Assembly: GCA_965652315.1 (NCBI GenBank)
Contig: CBFGVZ010000001.1
Span: 2,147 to 66,146 of the forward strand
Direction: 5' to 3'
Source of the DNA: an uncultured Saprospiraceae bacterium
GTDB lineage: Bacteria; Bacteroidota; Bacteroidia; Chitinophagales; Saprospiraceae
Length of the DNA: 64,000 nt
Made by a program: the position numbers and the translations under genes. Under the pieces are notes generated by a model. It saw nothing but the letters and a program-made list of their open reading frames with translations, was not told the origin of the DNA and did no database searches. The stretch's first letter is position 1. Each line of letters begins with the position of its first letter. Below, piece after piece: positions 1-8,034 of this stretch.

Positions 1-1683
1 GATTTGTTGAACCATCTCTCTGATCTGCTGGGGCGGTGAAGGTGTAAGATATGTGACTATGAGGGTGACAACCAGATTCAATATCATGCCAAGCGTACCA
101 ATTCCCTTAGGCGATATACCGAAAAGATAATCATCCGGACTGCCCCATCCAAATACGGCAAAATACAATATGTACCCACCCGTAAATAAGATACCGGCTA
201 CCATTCCGGCCAGTGCCCCTTCTTTATTAACCCGTGTGGAGAATATTCCCAATACGATGGCCGGAAAGAAGGAAGATGCTGCCAGACCAAATGCGAATGC
301 CACTACTTCAGCAACGAAACCCGGTGGGTTAATCCCAGCCACGCCCGATATGAATACCGCAACCATAATGGAAATCCGGGCAGCCCATAGTTCCTTTTTT
401 TCTGAAATATTGGGTTTGAGCCATTTCCTGAGCAGGTCGTGAGAGATAGAGGTGGAGATAACCAGCATCAACCCGGCCGCGGTGGATAGTGCTGCAGCCA
501 GCCCCCCCGCTACAACCAGACCGATAACCCATCCCGGGAGATTGGCAATTTCCGGATTGGCCAGGACCATTATATCCTTATCAATCGTCAATTCATTTCC
601 CTGAAGGCCCTCTGCCCGTGCCTGTGCCAGATATTCCGGATTCTGATCATTGTAATAATCGATCAGCCCGTTCTGATTTTTATCATCAAACGACAGCAAT
701 CCTGTGTGCTCCCAGTTCTTAAACCACTGAGGGACTTCCTCATATGGGGTTTCCTGTATTGTCGAAATTAAATTGGTCTTGGCAAATACCGCGATAGCTG
801 GTGCCGTGGTGTACAGGATGGCTATAAAAATCAGTGCAAAGCCTGCTGAAATACGTGCATCCCTGACCCGTGGAACGGTGAAAAACCGGACTATGACATG
901 TGGTAAACCCGCGGTGCCCAACATTAATGCAGCTGTCACAAAGAACATGTCCAACCGGTTTACATCCGCTGATGTGTAGGCCTTGAACCCCAGGTCTGTA
1001 TGGATCTGATCGAGGCGATCGAGCAACCAGGTTCCATCAGCTAATCTGGCCCCCAGACCAAGTTGAGGGATCGGGTTCCCGGTGATGAAAAGGGAAATGA
1101 ATATCGCCGGAACCAAATAGGCAAAGATCATGATGCAATACTGAGCCACCTGTGTATAGGTAATCCCTTTCATACCTCCCAGGACCGTATAGAACATTAC
1201 GATCACTATTCCTATTGCCACTCCCGATTCAAAAGTCACTTCCAAAAAACGGGCAAAGGCGATTCCCACCCCTTTCATCTGGCCCACGGCGTAAGTAAAG
1301 GAAACAAACAATGCACAAATAACCGCAATGACCCTTGCTGTCTGACTGTAATACCGTTCGCCGATAAAATCGGGAACCGTAAATTTTCCAAATTTTCTGA
1401 GGTATGGGGCCAGTAATAACGCGAGTAAAACATATCCGCCGGTCCATCCCATCAGGAATTGAGACCCGATGTATCCCGAAAAAGAAATCATACCCGCCAT
1501 CGACAAAAAACTGGCCGCAGACATCCAATCTGCAGCAGTAGCCATTCCATTGGCAACAGGGGATACTCCACCACCTGCAACATAAAATTCCTTGGTAGAT
1601 CCGGCTTTGGACCAAATCGCTACTCCTATATATATGGCAAACGATACACCCACCCAGGCGTAGGTCCAGATATTTTCCATCAT
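1..1683 (-). CDS. Sodium:solute symporter family protein (ActP-like cation/monocarboxylate symporter), 3' end runs off the window
   Basis: Not in the ORF track because no stop lies in the window. Manual translation from ATG 1683/1680 gives (M)MENIWTYAWVGVSFAIYIGVAIWSKAGSTKEFYVAGGGVSPVANGMATAADWMSAASFLSMAG...GTAGLPHVIVRFFTVP...EMVQQI, which are SSS-family motifs. It lies directly downstream of DUF4212. Confidence 0.92.
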   Translation of the reverse strand, partial: MMENIWTYAWVGVSFAIYIGVAIWSKAGSTKEFYVAGGGVSPVANGMATAADWMSAASFLSMAGMISFSGYIGSQFLMGWTGGYVLLALLLAPYLRKFGKFTVPDFIGERYYSQTARVIAVICALFVSFTYAVGQMKGVGIAFARFLEVTFESGVAIGIVIVMFYTVLGGMKGITYTQVAQYCIMIFAYLVPAIFISLFITGNPIPQLGLGARLADGTWLLDRLDQIHTDLGFKAYTSADVNRLDMFFVTAALMLGTAGLPHVIVRFFTVPRVRDARISAGFALIFIAILYTTAPAIAVFAKTNLISTIQETPYEEVPQWFKNWEHTGLLSFDDKNQNGLIDYYNDQNPEYLAQARAEGLQGNELTIDKDIMVLANPEIANLPGWVIGLVVAGGLAAALSTAAGLMLVISTSISHDLLRKWLKPNISEKKELWAARISIMVAVFISGVAGINPPGFVAEVVAFAFGLAASSFFPAIVLGIFSTRVNKEGALAGMVAGILFTGGYILYFAVFGWGSPDDYLFGISPKGIGTLGMILNLVVTLIVTYLTPSPPQQIREMVQQI

Positions 1684-1701
1684 ATTCGGCGAGTTGAAAG
1701 A

Positions 1702-1959
1702 TTAATTTTCATCCACTTGAAATTTTCGGTCCAATCGGTTCATCAGGATGACATAAGTGAAAATGATAATTATAAAAAAATAAATGGAACCCTGTTGGGC
1801 AAACCAAAACCCCAGTTTATACCCACCAAGTCGGTACTGATTGAGTTCTTCTGCCCAAATTATACCAAACCCAAATGATACTATAAACCACACAAATAAG
1901 AGTATAGTCAGATACCATAGATTCCGTTTCCAATATAATTTTTCGTCAGGCGACTCCAT
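1702..1959 (-). CDS. DUF4212 protein (putative small subunit of the solute:sodium symporter)
   Basis: 85 aa with 2 TM segments and the YWKRN...GFWFAQQGSI motif; sits in the usual position upstream of the SSS gene. Confidence 0.9.
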   Translation of the reverse strand: MESPDEKLYWKRNLWYLTILLFVWFIVSFGFGIIWAEELNQYRLGGYKLGFWFAQQGSIYFFIIIIFTYVILMNRLDRKFQVDEN

Positions 1960-2380
1960 TACTTAAATTTGATTCTGATAAGACAGGGGCGAAATTTATA
2001 AAAATTTATTATTAAATCGTATGGATAGATCAAAATTTTTGAATTTATCAACCAATTTGACCACAATCTTGATCCCCGATATCTATGGTATTTTTATATT
2101 GTTTAAAAGTTTTGAGTATAACCTTGTGCTACCCCGGATTATGCATGGCATTTGCTTTAGTAGATGCCAGGCATGACCGAATGTAGTCGAAGAGCATAAA
2201 TGCTGAAGTTATCTTGAAGAGGGAACTCCGACTGAACGCAATTCTGCCATTGGGTAGGATCGCCCATACGGGCAGTGAAGGAATTTGACGGGGCAGCTTG
2301 TTGGGTGGGTAGCTTCGACAGATTGGACTATTTCAAGGATTCGCAACGGAGCAGAGAGAAAAGCTGATTTTAAGGTCGAT

Positions 2381-2458
2381 TATAATAAAAATATCTTATA
2401 ACTTGTGAATATAGGTTTTTTGGTTTATATTGTAGAGGTATTAGAGAATTTGCCTATA
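2381..2458. promoter_or_regulatory. Array of three palindromic operator-like boxes (TATARG-N8-CYTATA) at 29-bp period upstream of satD
   Basis: 2381-2400 TATAAT-aaaaatat-CTTATA; 2410-2429 TATAGG-ttttttgg-TTTATA; 2439-2458 TATTAG-agaatttg-CCTATA. Each box matches 11/12 consensus positions and the last ends 22 nt before the ATG. Confidence 0.6.
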
Positions 2459-2480
2459 TTACTCCTACAAAATAGCGCAA

Positions 2481-3152
2481 ATGGTATATGCAGTAATCAC
2501 AGGCGACATCGTACAGTCCACTTCCGAAAAGGATGGGAAGCGTAGTAATTTTCATGTAATCGATGAGATTCTGACGGGAGCGTTCGAAGTGATGACAGAA
2601 AAAAAATGGTTAAATGCGGAGGATTATGTATCTTTCCGGGGAGACAGTTTTCAATGTCTTTTGCCACCGGATAAAGGTCTGTTGGGAGCGTTGTTTATAA
2701 AGGCGGCACTAAGGGGAGGTATCGCATCGGATCCTCGCACGCCTTTACCCTGGTCCGGAAGTTGCCGGATGGTGGTGGGCATAGGTGAAGTCACATACCG
2801 GGCAGAACAGGTGAGCAAATCCAACGGTCCAGCCTTTCAAAGGTCAGGAAGAACCCTGGATGCTATGCCTCGGGATCATTATATCGATATCGTGACGCCC
2901 TGGGATGAGGTAAATGAAGAATTCGAACTGACGGCACGGTTTCTGGATATTATAGTGGAACGGCTCTGGACGAAAATATCTGCCCGAACGGCCTGGGTCC
3001 ATTTTCTTGAGGAATGGACTCAGCAGCAGCTGGCTGAACTATTCGGCATTTCCCAGCCGGCCATGCATCAAAGGATTCAGGGCGCTGAAATCGCTGTGCT
3101 GGATCATACGATCGAACGGTTCCAATCAACCATAAAAAAGCATTACATATGA
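2481..3152 (+). CDS. satD: SatD family protein (nucleotide-cyclase-like palm domain plus C-terminal HTH)
   Basis: Motifs ITGDIVQS, FRGDSFQ, RMVVGIG, NGPAFQRSGRTLD and the C-terminal HTH TQQQLAELFGISQPAMHQR. Confidence 0.85.
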   Translation: MVYAVITGDIVQSTSEKDGKRSNFHVIDEILTGAFEVMTEKKWLNAEDYVSFRGDSFQCLLPPDKGLLGALFIKAALRGGIASDPRTPLPWSGSCRMVVGIGEVTYRAEQVSKSNGPAFQRSGRTLDAMPRDHYIDIVTPWDEVNEEFELTARFLDIIVERLWTKISARTAWVHFLEEWTQQQLAELFGISQPAMHQRIQGAEIAVLDHTIERFQSTIKKHYI

Positions 3153-3922
3153 CATTTCCCGATCTTGATTTGATCCTTTGGCTTCTGGTAGCACACTTTA
3201 TGGGCGATTTTACTTTTCAGCCCGGATATTGGGTAGATGAAAAACGTCGACGTACGTGGAGAAGTCCGTTCCTGTATTATCACGTATTGGTTCATTTTCT
3301 ACTCGCTCTACTGGCCATATTATGGATGAGCGGAGGATGGAGTGGTGCAGGGGTATTGGGAGCAATCGTCATTGCGTTGGGCCACCTGATTTTTGATATG
3401 GCAAAAATATACTATGTCCGCTACATTGAGCGGGAATGGCACGAGATCGGACTTCAGCGAGGAGTGGTATTTGTGTGGGATCAGATCAGCCATATGATCA
3501 TTTTGATCCTGGTGGCTGCCTGGTTGCAGAACGTGCTCTGGATAGGAGAAATTTCTATATATCTGAACGATATATTGATAGTAGCACTGGGGTACTATGT
3601 AGTGATGTATCCCACTGCAGCCTTTGTAGAGTTGTCCACTCAGGATTGGCAATATGAAATTGAGACCCATCACAAGGATGAAGGATTGCCTCTGGCTGGC
3701 CGTACCATCGGCCAATTGGAACGCATCCTGGCGTTGACTTTTATTCTGATCGGTCAATATACGGCATTGGGTTTTCTCATCGGGGCCAAATCCATTTTCA
3801 GATTTGGAGACCTTTCCCGAGGATTGCACCACAGGAAAACAGAATATATCCTGATTGGCACCCTGTTGAGCTTTGCAGCAGTTGTGCTGATAGGTCTGAT
3901 CGTATCGTATTTTATCGCATAG
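3149..3922 (+). CDS. DUF3307 multi-pass membrane protein
   Basis: ATGA overlap with the satD stop. Motifs AHFMGDF.FQ, HVLVH, HLIFD, DQISH and a C-terminal AGRTIGQLER...AKSIFRF...EYILIGTLLSF block. Confidence 0.85.
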   Translation: MTFPDLDLILWLLVAHFMGDFTFQPGYWVDEKRRRTWRSPFLYYHVLVHFLLALLAILWMSGGWSGAGVLGAIVIALGHLIFDMAKIYYVRYIEREWHEIGLQRGVVFVWDQISHMIILILVAAWLQNVLWIGEISIYLNDILIVALGYYVVMYPTAAFVELSTQDWQYEIETHHKDEGLPLAGRTIGQLERILALTFILIGQYTALGFLIGAKSIFRFGDLSRGLHHRKTEYILIGTLLSFAAVVLIGLIVSYFIA

Positions 3923-4104
3923 AGCCGGCCATCCATTCCCAGCGGGAAATGCCGGGAAGTCAGATTCAGACTGGCACACCAAAGAAAAAGCCGCAATAGA
4001 CTTCATTCTATCCGGACTACAGGTTATTTTGTAGAAAACTTTAGAAATAAATGTTTCAAAAGCCTTTATTTGTTTTACCATTGCCACGATAGAAAAATGT
4101 AATT

Positions 4105-5520
4105 ATGAGAGTTTTTTCCATTGTATTATTAGGGGTACTTTGTCTCGTTAAGGTCCCGGCACAGGAAGTGTGGACCATAGACCGGGCCATGCAGCATGCC
4201 CGTGAGCACAGTTTACAGATCGTACAGGCTCGATTTCAGACCCGAATGGCTGAAGTTGATCTGCGATCTGTGAAACAGCGGCGGATTCCTTCCCTGAGTT
4301 TTTCAAGTAATCTGAGTAACAGTATCGGACGAACTATTGATCCGACGACCAATGATTTTACCACGGAAAGCAATTACAATCAAAGCGCTAACCTCAATGC
4401 TGGTGTGCAATTGTTCAACGGAGGACTCCTGAACAAACAGATACAAAGCGCTCGTCTGGCCCAACGTGAAGCAGAAAAACAGGTAGAGGCCACGGAGGAA
4501 GATATTCTGCTCATGGTTGTCCAACAGTTTTTTCAGGCCTTGCTGACAAAAGAAAATACTACCATGGCAGCAGCAAACCTTTCCCTGCTGCAAGAACAGG
4601 AAAGCCGGGTGAATGTCGAGGTGGAAGCTGGCTCCAGGCCTGTCAATGATCTGCTTGAAATTCAAGCTGAGGTAGCCCTTTCGGAACAGCAATTGATCGA
4701 TGCCGAGAACCAACGAGACCTGGCCCTACTCCAGTTGAAGCAGTTGTTGCGGTTACCGGTCGAGGAAGAAATTGAGGTGCAATTACCAAAGGCCGATGAC
4801 ATTGGACCGGATTTGACAGAACTACTCTCTATGACCGAATTGCGAAATCGGGCCCTGGCGGTATCTCCCGAAGTGCAGGCCGCGGATATTCGGGTGGAAA
4901 ATGCTGCTCTCGGGATCCGGATCGCTAAAAGTCAATATTATCCCAGCGTGTCGCTTGGGGGATCATTGTCGACCAATTTTTCAACTGCCCGGCAGAATGC
5001 TATAGTCACTGGTTCGACCATCGACAATCAGACCGTTTTTCTGAATGGAAATCCGGTTATGGTAGGATTTGAATCTCCGACGTATCGATTTGAATCCATT
5101 CCCTATGGGAGCCAGTTAAATGATAATTGGGGCCTGGGGTTTGGACTGCAATTATCGGTGCCGATATATTCTCAGGGCAGTGTAAGTGCCAGCGTCCAAC
5201 AGGCCCGGATAAACCACCAGTCCGCCCAAATCCAGAAGGAGCAACAGGTTCAGGTGTTCACGGAAGAGCTGGAGCGGAATATCGCGGATCTCAAATCATC
5301 TTATCGAAGCTATCTGGCCTCAGAAAAAACGCTGGACGCTTCGACCCGGTTTTTCAACAACATCGATCTGAGCTATAATGTCGGAGCGTCGACCAGCTTT
5401 GAATTGATTAATGCTCAAAACCGAAAGGAGGATGCGGAGATCAATTTTCTGATTTCCAAATATGAATATCTGGCACGCAAACGTGCACTGCAGATTTATC
5501 TGAAAACGGAGGATTATTGA
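4105..5520 (+). CDS. TolC family outer membrane efflux protein
   Basis: Signal peptide, 471 aa, duplicated outer-membrane-efflux repeat (A.EHSLQI..A / AKSQYYPSVSL). Confidence 0.88.
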   Translation: MRVFSIVLLGVLCLVKVPAQEVWTIDRAMQHAREHSLQIVQARFQTRMAEVDLRSVKQRRIPSLSFSSNLSNSIGRTIDPTTNDFTTESNYNQSANLNAGVQLFNGGLLNKQIQSARLAQREAEKQVEATEEDILLMVVQQFFQALLTKENTTMAAANLSLLQEQESRVNVEVEAGSRPVNDLLEIQAEVALSEQQLIDAENQRDLALLQLKQLLRLPVEEEIEVQLPKADDIGPDLTELLSMTELRNRALAVSPEVQAADIRVENAALGIRIAKSQYYPSVSLGGSLSTNFSTARQNAIVTGSTIDNQTVFLNGNPVMVGFESPTYRFESIPYGSQLNDNWGLGFGLQLSVPIYSQGSVSASVQQARINHQSAQIQKEQQVQVFTEELERNIADLKSSYRSYLASEKTLDASTRFFNNIDLSYNVGASTSFELINAQNRKEDAEINFLISKYEYLARKRALQIYLKTEDY

Positions 5521-5592
5521 TTTCCAGCCTTCCCATTGCTGCGAAAATCGATTTTCGACATGAGAATAGGAATTTTAATCCTGACCATCATC

Positions 5593-6201
5593 CTACTGAT
5601 CTGCCAATCGTTTTAGTTCTTCGACCAAAGACATTTCAGATTTCTGGTAATGAATACCATGGAAACTTAATGCTTTTGCGCCTTCCACGTTTTCCAGCCG
5701 GTCATCGATAAACACACATTCTTCAGCTTTTAATTTAAATCGATCCAAAAAAGTGCGATAAATAACCGGATCGGGTTTGATCACTCCTTCTTCCCCTGAA
5801 ACGATCACGCCATCGAAATCACCAAAGAAAGGGAACAATTCCAATGCGATAGGGAAGGTCTCCCGGGACCAGTTGGTCAGGGCATAGATCCGATAGGATG
5901 GATGGTCTCTATAAAACTCCAGGACCTTGACATTTTCTGCGATGGTTCCGTCGAACATCTCCGGCCATCGGTCATAATAGGCTCTTATTTCGGATTCAAA
6001 TTCGGGGAATTCATTGATCTTCAATTGGGTAGCCTCGTTGAGCGTTCGCCCTCTGTCCTGTTCGAGATTCCAGCGGTAAGTGCAGACCTGATCCAAAAAC
6101 GTGAGCGCCTGATCTTCGGTTTCAAATATTTTGCGATACAGGTGAATGGGGTCCCAATTGACCAGCACTCCGCCCAGGTCGAAAACGATATTTTTTATCA
6201 T
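5593..6201 (-). CDS. HAD family phosphatase
   Basis: Motif I DLGGV, ALTNW, GVIKPDP and motif IV FIDDR. Confidence 0.9.
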   Translation of the reverse strand: MIKNIVFDLGGVLVNWDPIHLYRKIFETEDQALTFLDQVCTYRWNLEQDRGRTLNEATQLKINEFPEFESEIRAYYDRWPEMFDGTIAENVKVLEFYRDHPSYRIYALTNWSRETFPIALELFPFFGDFDGVIVSGEEGVIKPDPVIYRTFLDRFKLKAEECVFIDDRLENVEGAKALSFHGIHYQKSEMSLVEELKRLADQ

Positions 6202-6203
6202 AA

Positions 6204-6629
6204 TTAGCGGTTAATTACCATAGTGGTCAATCGACTCTCGCAGACCTGCCGGCCTTTTTCATCCTGTATGACAATCCGCCAAACCTGGATGTTCTTTCCA
6301 ACTCGGATGGGGGTGACCCTACCGATGACTTTTCCATCCCGCACAGCGCGAAGGTGATTCGCATTGATTTCTATGCCTACGACCACTTGTTTGTCGGTAT
6401 CTTCCAGGGCCAGTACGCCTGCGATACTACCCAGCGTTTCAGCAAGCGCTGCTGAAGCTCCACCGTGCAACAGGCCCATGGGTTGTGTGGTCCGGTGATC
6501 CACAGGTAGGGTAGCTTCCAGGTAATCGTCCCCAAAAGCGGTAAATTCCAGGCCGATCGCTTCGCCCATGGTTTGCCGGTTCATATCGTTGAGGACGTCA
6601 AGCGAAATCTTTTGCTTCCAAATTGACAT
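6204..6629 (-). CDS. Hotdog-fold thioesterase (PaaI/MenI-like)
   Basis: QPMGLLHGGASAALAETLGS and GIEINANHLRA motifs. Confidence 0.9.
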   Translation of the reverse strand: MSIWKQKISLDVLNDMNRQTMGEAIGLEFTAFGDDYLEATLPVDHRTTQPMGLLHGGASAALAETLGSIAGVLALEDTDKQVVVGIEINANHLRAVRDGKVIGRVTPIRVGKNIQVWRIVIQDEKGRQVCESRLTTMVINR

Positions 6630-6671
6630 AAAATTCCCTATTTTGGCGCCAATATAAATAATTTAAAGGGA

Positions 6672-7010
6672 ATGGAAATTTATCACAATCCCAGATGCAG
6701 TAAATCCCGTCAGACGCTTGAAATCATTCAGGAGTCCGGTGTTGACTTTACCATCAGGAAATATTTGGAGGATCCGCCGACAAAGGAGGAGTTGCGGAAA
6801 ATACTGAGCATACTGGACATAAGTCCTCAGACATTGATTCGAAAAAACGAGCCGCTCTTTAAAAATGAATATAAAAACAGGGATCTCACGGATGAGGAGT
6901 GGTTGGATGTTTTGGTGGAAAATCCCAAACTGATTCAGCGACCTATCGTGATTGATCGGGATCGAGCGGTGATCGGCCGGCCACCAGAGAATGTTCGGGA
7001 ATTACTGTAA
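6672..7010 (+). CDS. arsC: ArsC family arsenate reductase (glutaredoxin type)
   Basis: YHNPRCSKSR and LIQRPIV...IGRPPE motifs. Confidence 0.85.
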   Translation: MEIYHNPRCSKSRQTLEIIQESGVDFTIRKYLEDPPTKEELRKILSILDISPQTLIRKNEPLFKNEYKNRDLTDEEWLDVLVENPKLIQRPIVIDRDRAVIGRPPENVRELL

Positions 7011-7068
7011 ATTCTTCGATGCCAATAGTTGGGAATTTCGAATTTTGTCGCGTGAGGTTGGGGATGGA

Positions 7069-7983
7069 TTAAATGAATTTTTTGAGCCAGTCATGTATTT
7101 GTATGGTGTCTTCAGGATGAATCCAGTTCCACCGATCTTGTTTTCGCATCCAGGTCAACTGCCGTTTTGCGTAGTTGCGGCTGTGTTGCTTTATTTTTTC
7201 GACCGCTTCGGGTAGGCTGATCTCATTGTAAAAATAGGGCAGGAGTTCCCGGTATCCAACCGATTCCATGGCCGGGTCATCCCGGTATGGCAACAATCCG
7301 CGAACCTCCTCTACCAGTCCTTTATAGATCATCTGGTCCACTCTTTCGTTGATGCGGCGGTATAAAACCGCTCTTTCATGTTTTAAAGCATACCAACGTG
7401 ACTGATAGTGCCCCTGCAATGGAGATCTGGGAATGTATTCATATATGGATCGACCAGTCTGGTCGGCGACTTTGGCAGCTCTGAGTAGTCGGTGGGGGTT
7501 GGCAGTATCCCCCCGTTTCATATACAAAGGATCGACCGTTTTTATGGCTTCCTGAAGCGCAGCAATCCCCTGGGATTCAAGCAGTTGATTCCATTTTTGG
7601 TCCGTTTCAGGATTGATAGCCGGTATTTGTGCGAGGCCATCCATCAGTGCGGAGATATAGAAACCCGTCCCTCCCGAAATAATAATGGCTGGCTCGTTTT
7701 GGTATTTGACCTGAATCAGCTGGGCGGCCATTTCAGCAAACTTACCGGCTGAAAAAACTTCATGCGGTGCACATATGTCGATCATTTCATACCGGATGCT
7801 GGTTAACACGGCCCGCGTTGGTTTTGCTGTGCCGATGTCCAGTCCGCGGTATATTTGTCTGGAATCGGCTGATATGATCGGCAGATCATACCGGAAAGCT
7901 AATTCTTCGGCAAGCCGGGATTTGCCCGAGGCAGTGGGCCCTCCGATTATCAATAATGCAGGTAATTGCTCCTTTTTGTTCAA
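7069..7983 (-). CDS. miaA: tRNA dimethylallyltransferase
   Basis: GPTASGKS, DSRQIYRGLDIGTAKP, GGTGFY and YAKRQLTW motifs; TTG start. Confidence 0.96.
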   Translation of the reverse strand: MNKKEQLPALLIIGGPTASGKSRLAEELAFRYDLPIISADSRQIYRGLDIGTAKPTRAVLTSIRYEMIDICAPHEVFSAGKFAEMAAQLIQVKYQNEPAIIISGGTGFYISALMDGLAQIPAINPETDQKWNQLLESQGIAALQEAIKTVDPLYMKRGDTANPHRLLRAAKVADQTGRSIYEYIPRSPLQGHYQSRWYALKHERAVLYRRINERVDQMIYKGLVEEVRGLLPYRDDPAMESVGYRELLPYFYNEISLPEAVEKIKQHSRNYAKRQLTWMRKQDRWNWIHPEDTIQIHDWLKKFI

Positions 7984-8034
7984 AAAAACCTAAGTTTACT
8001 TTCAATAAAAAGGTAAAAGTAATTATTTCGCCGG

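Noticed and set aside
2210-2290. Possible cobalamin riboswitch (GGGAA...ACTG...GCC elements)
   Set aside because: The conserved core elements are not in the right order or spacing, and no B12-related gene is adjacent.
3320-4087. 255-aa minus-strand ORF
   Set aside because: Antisense shadow of DUF3307 with no recognisable motifs.
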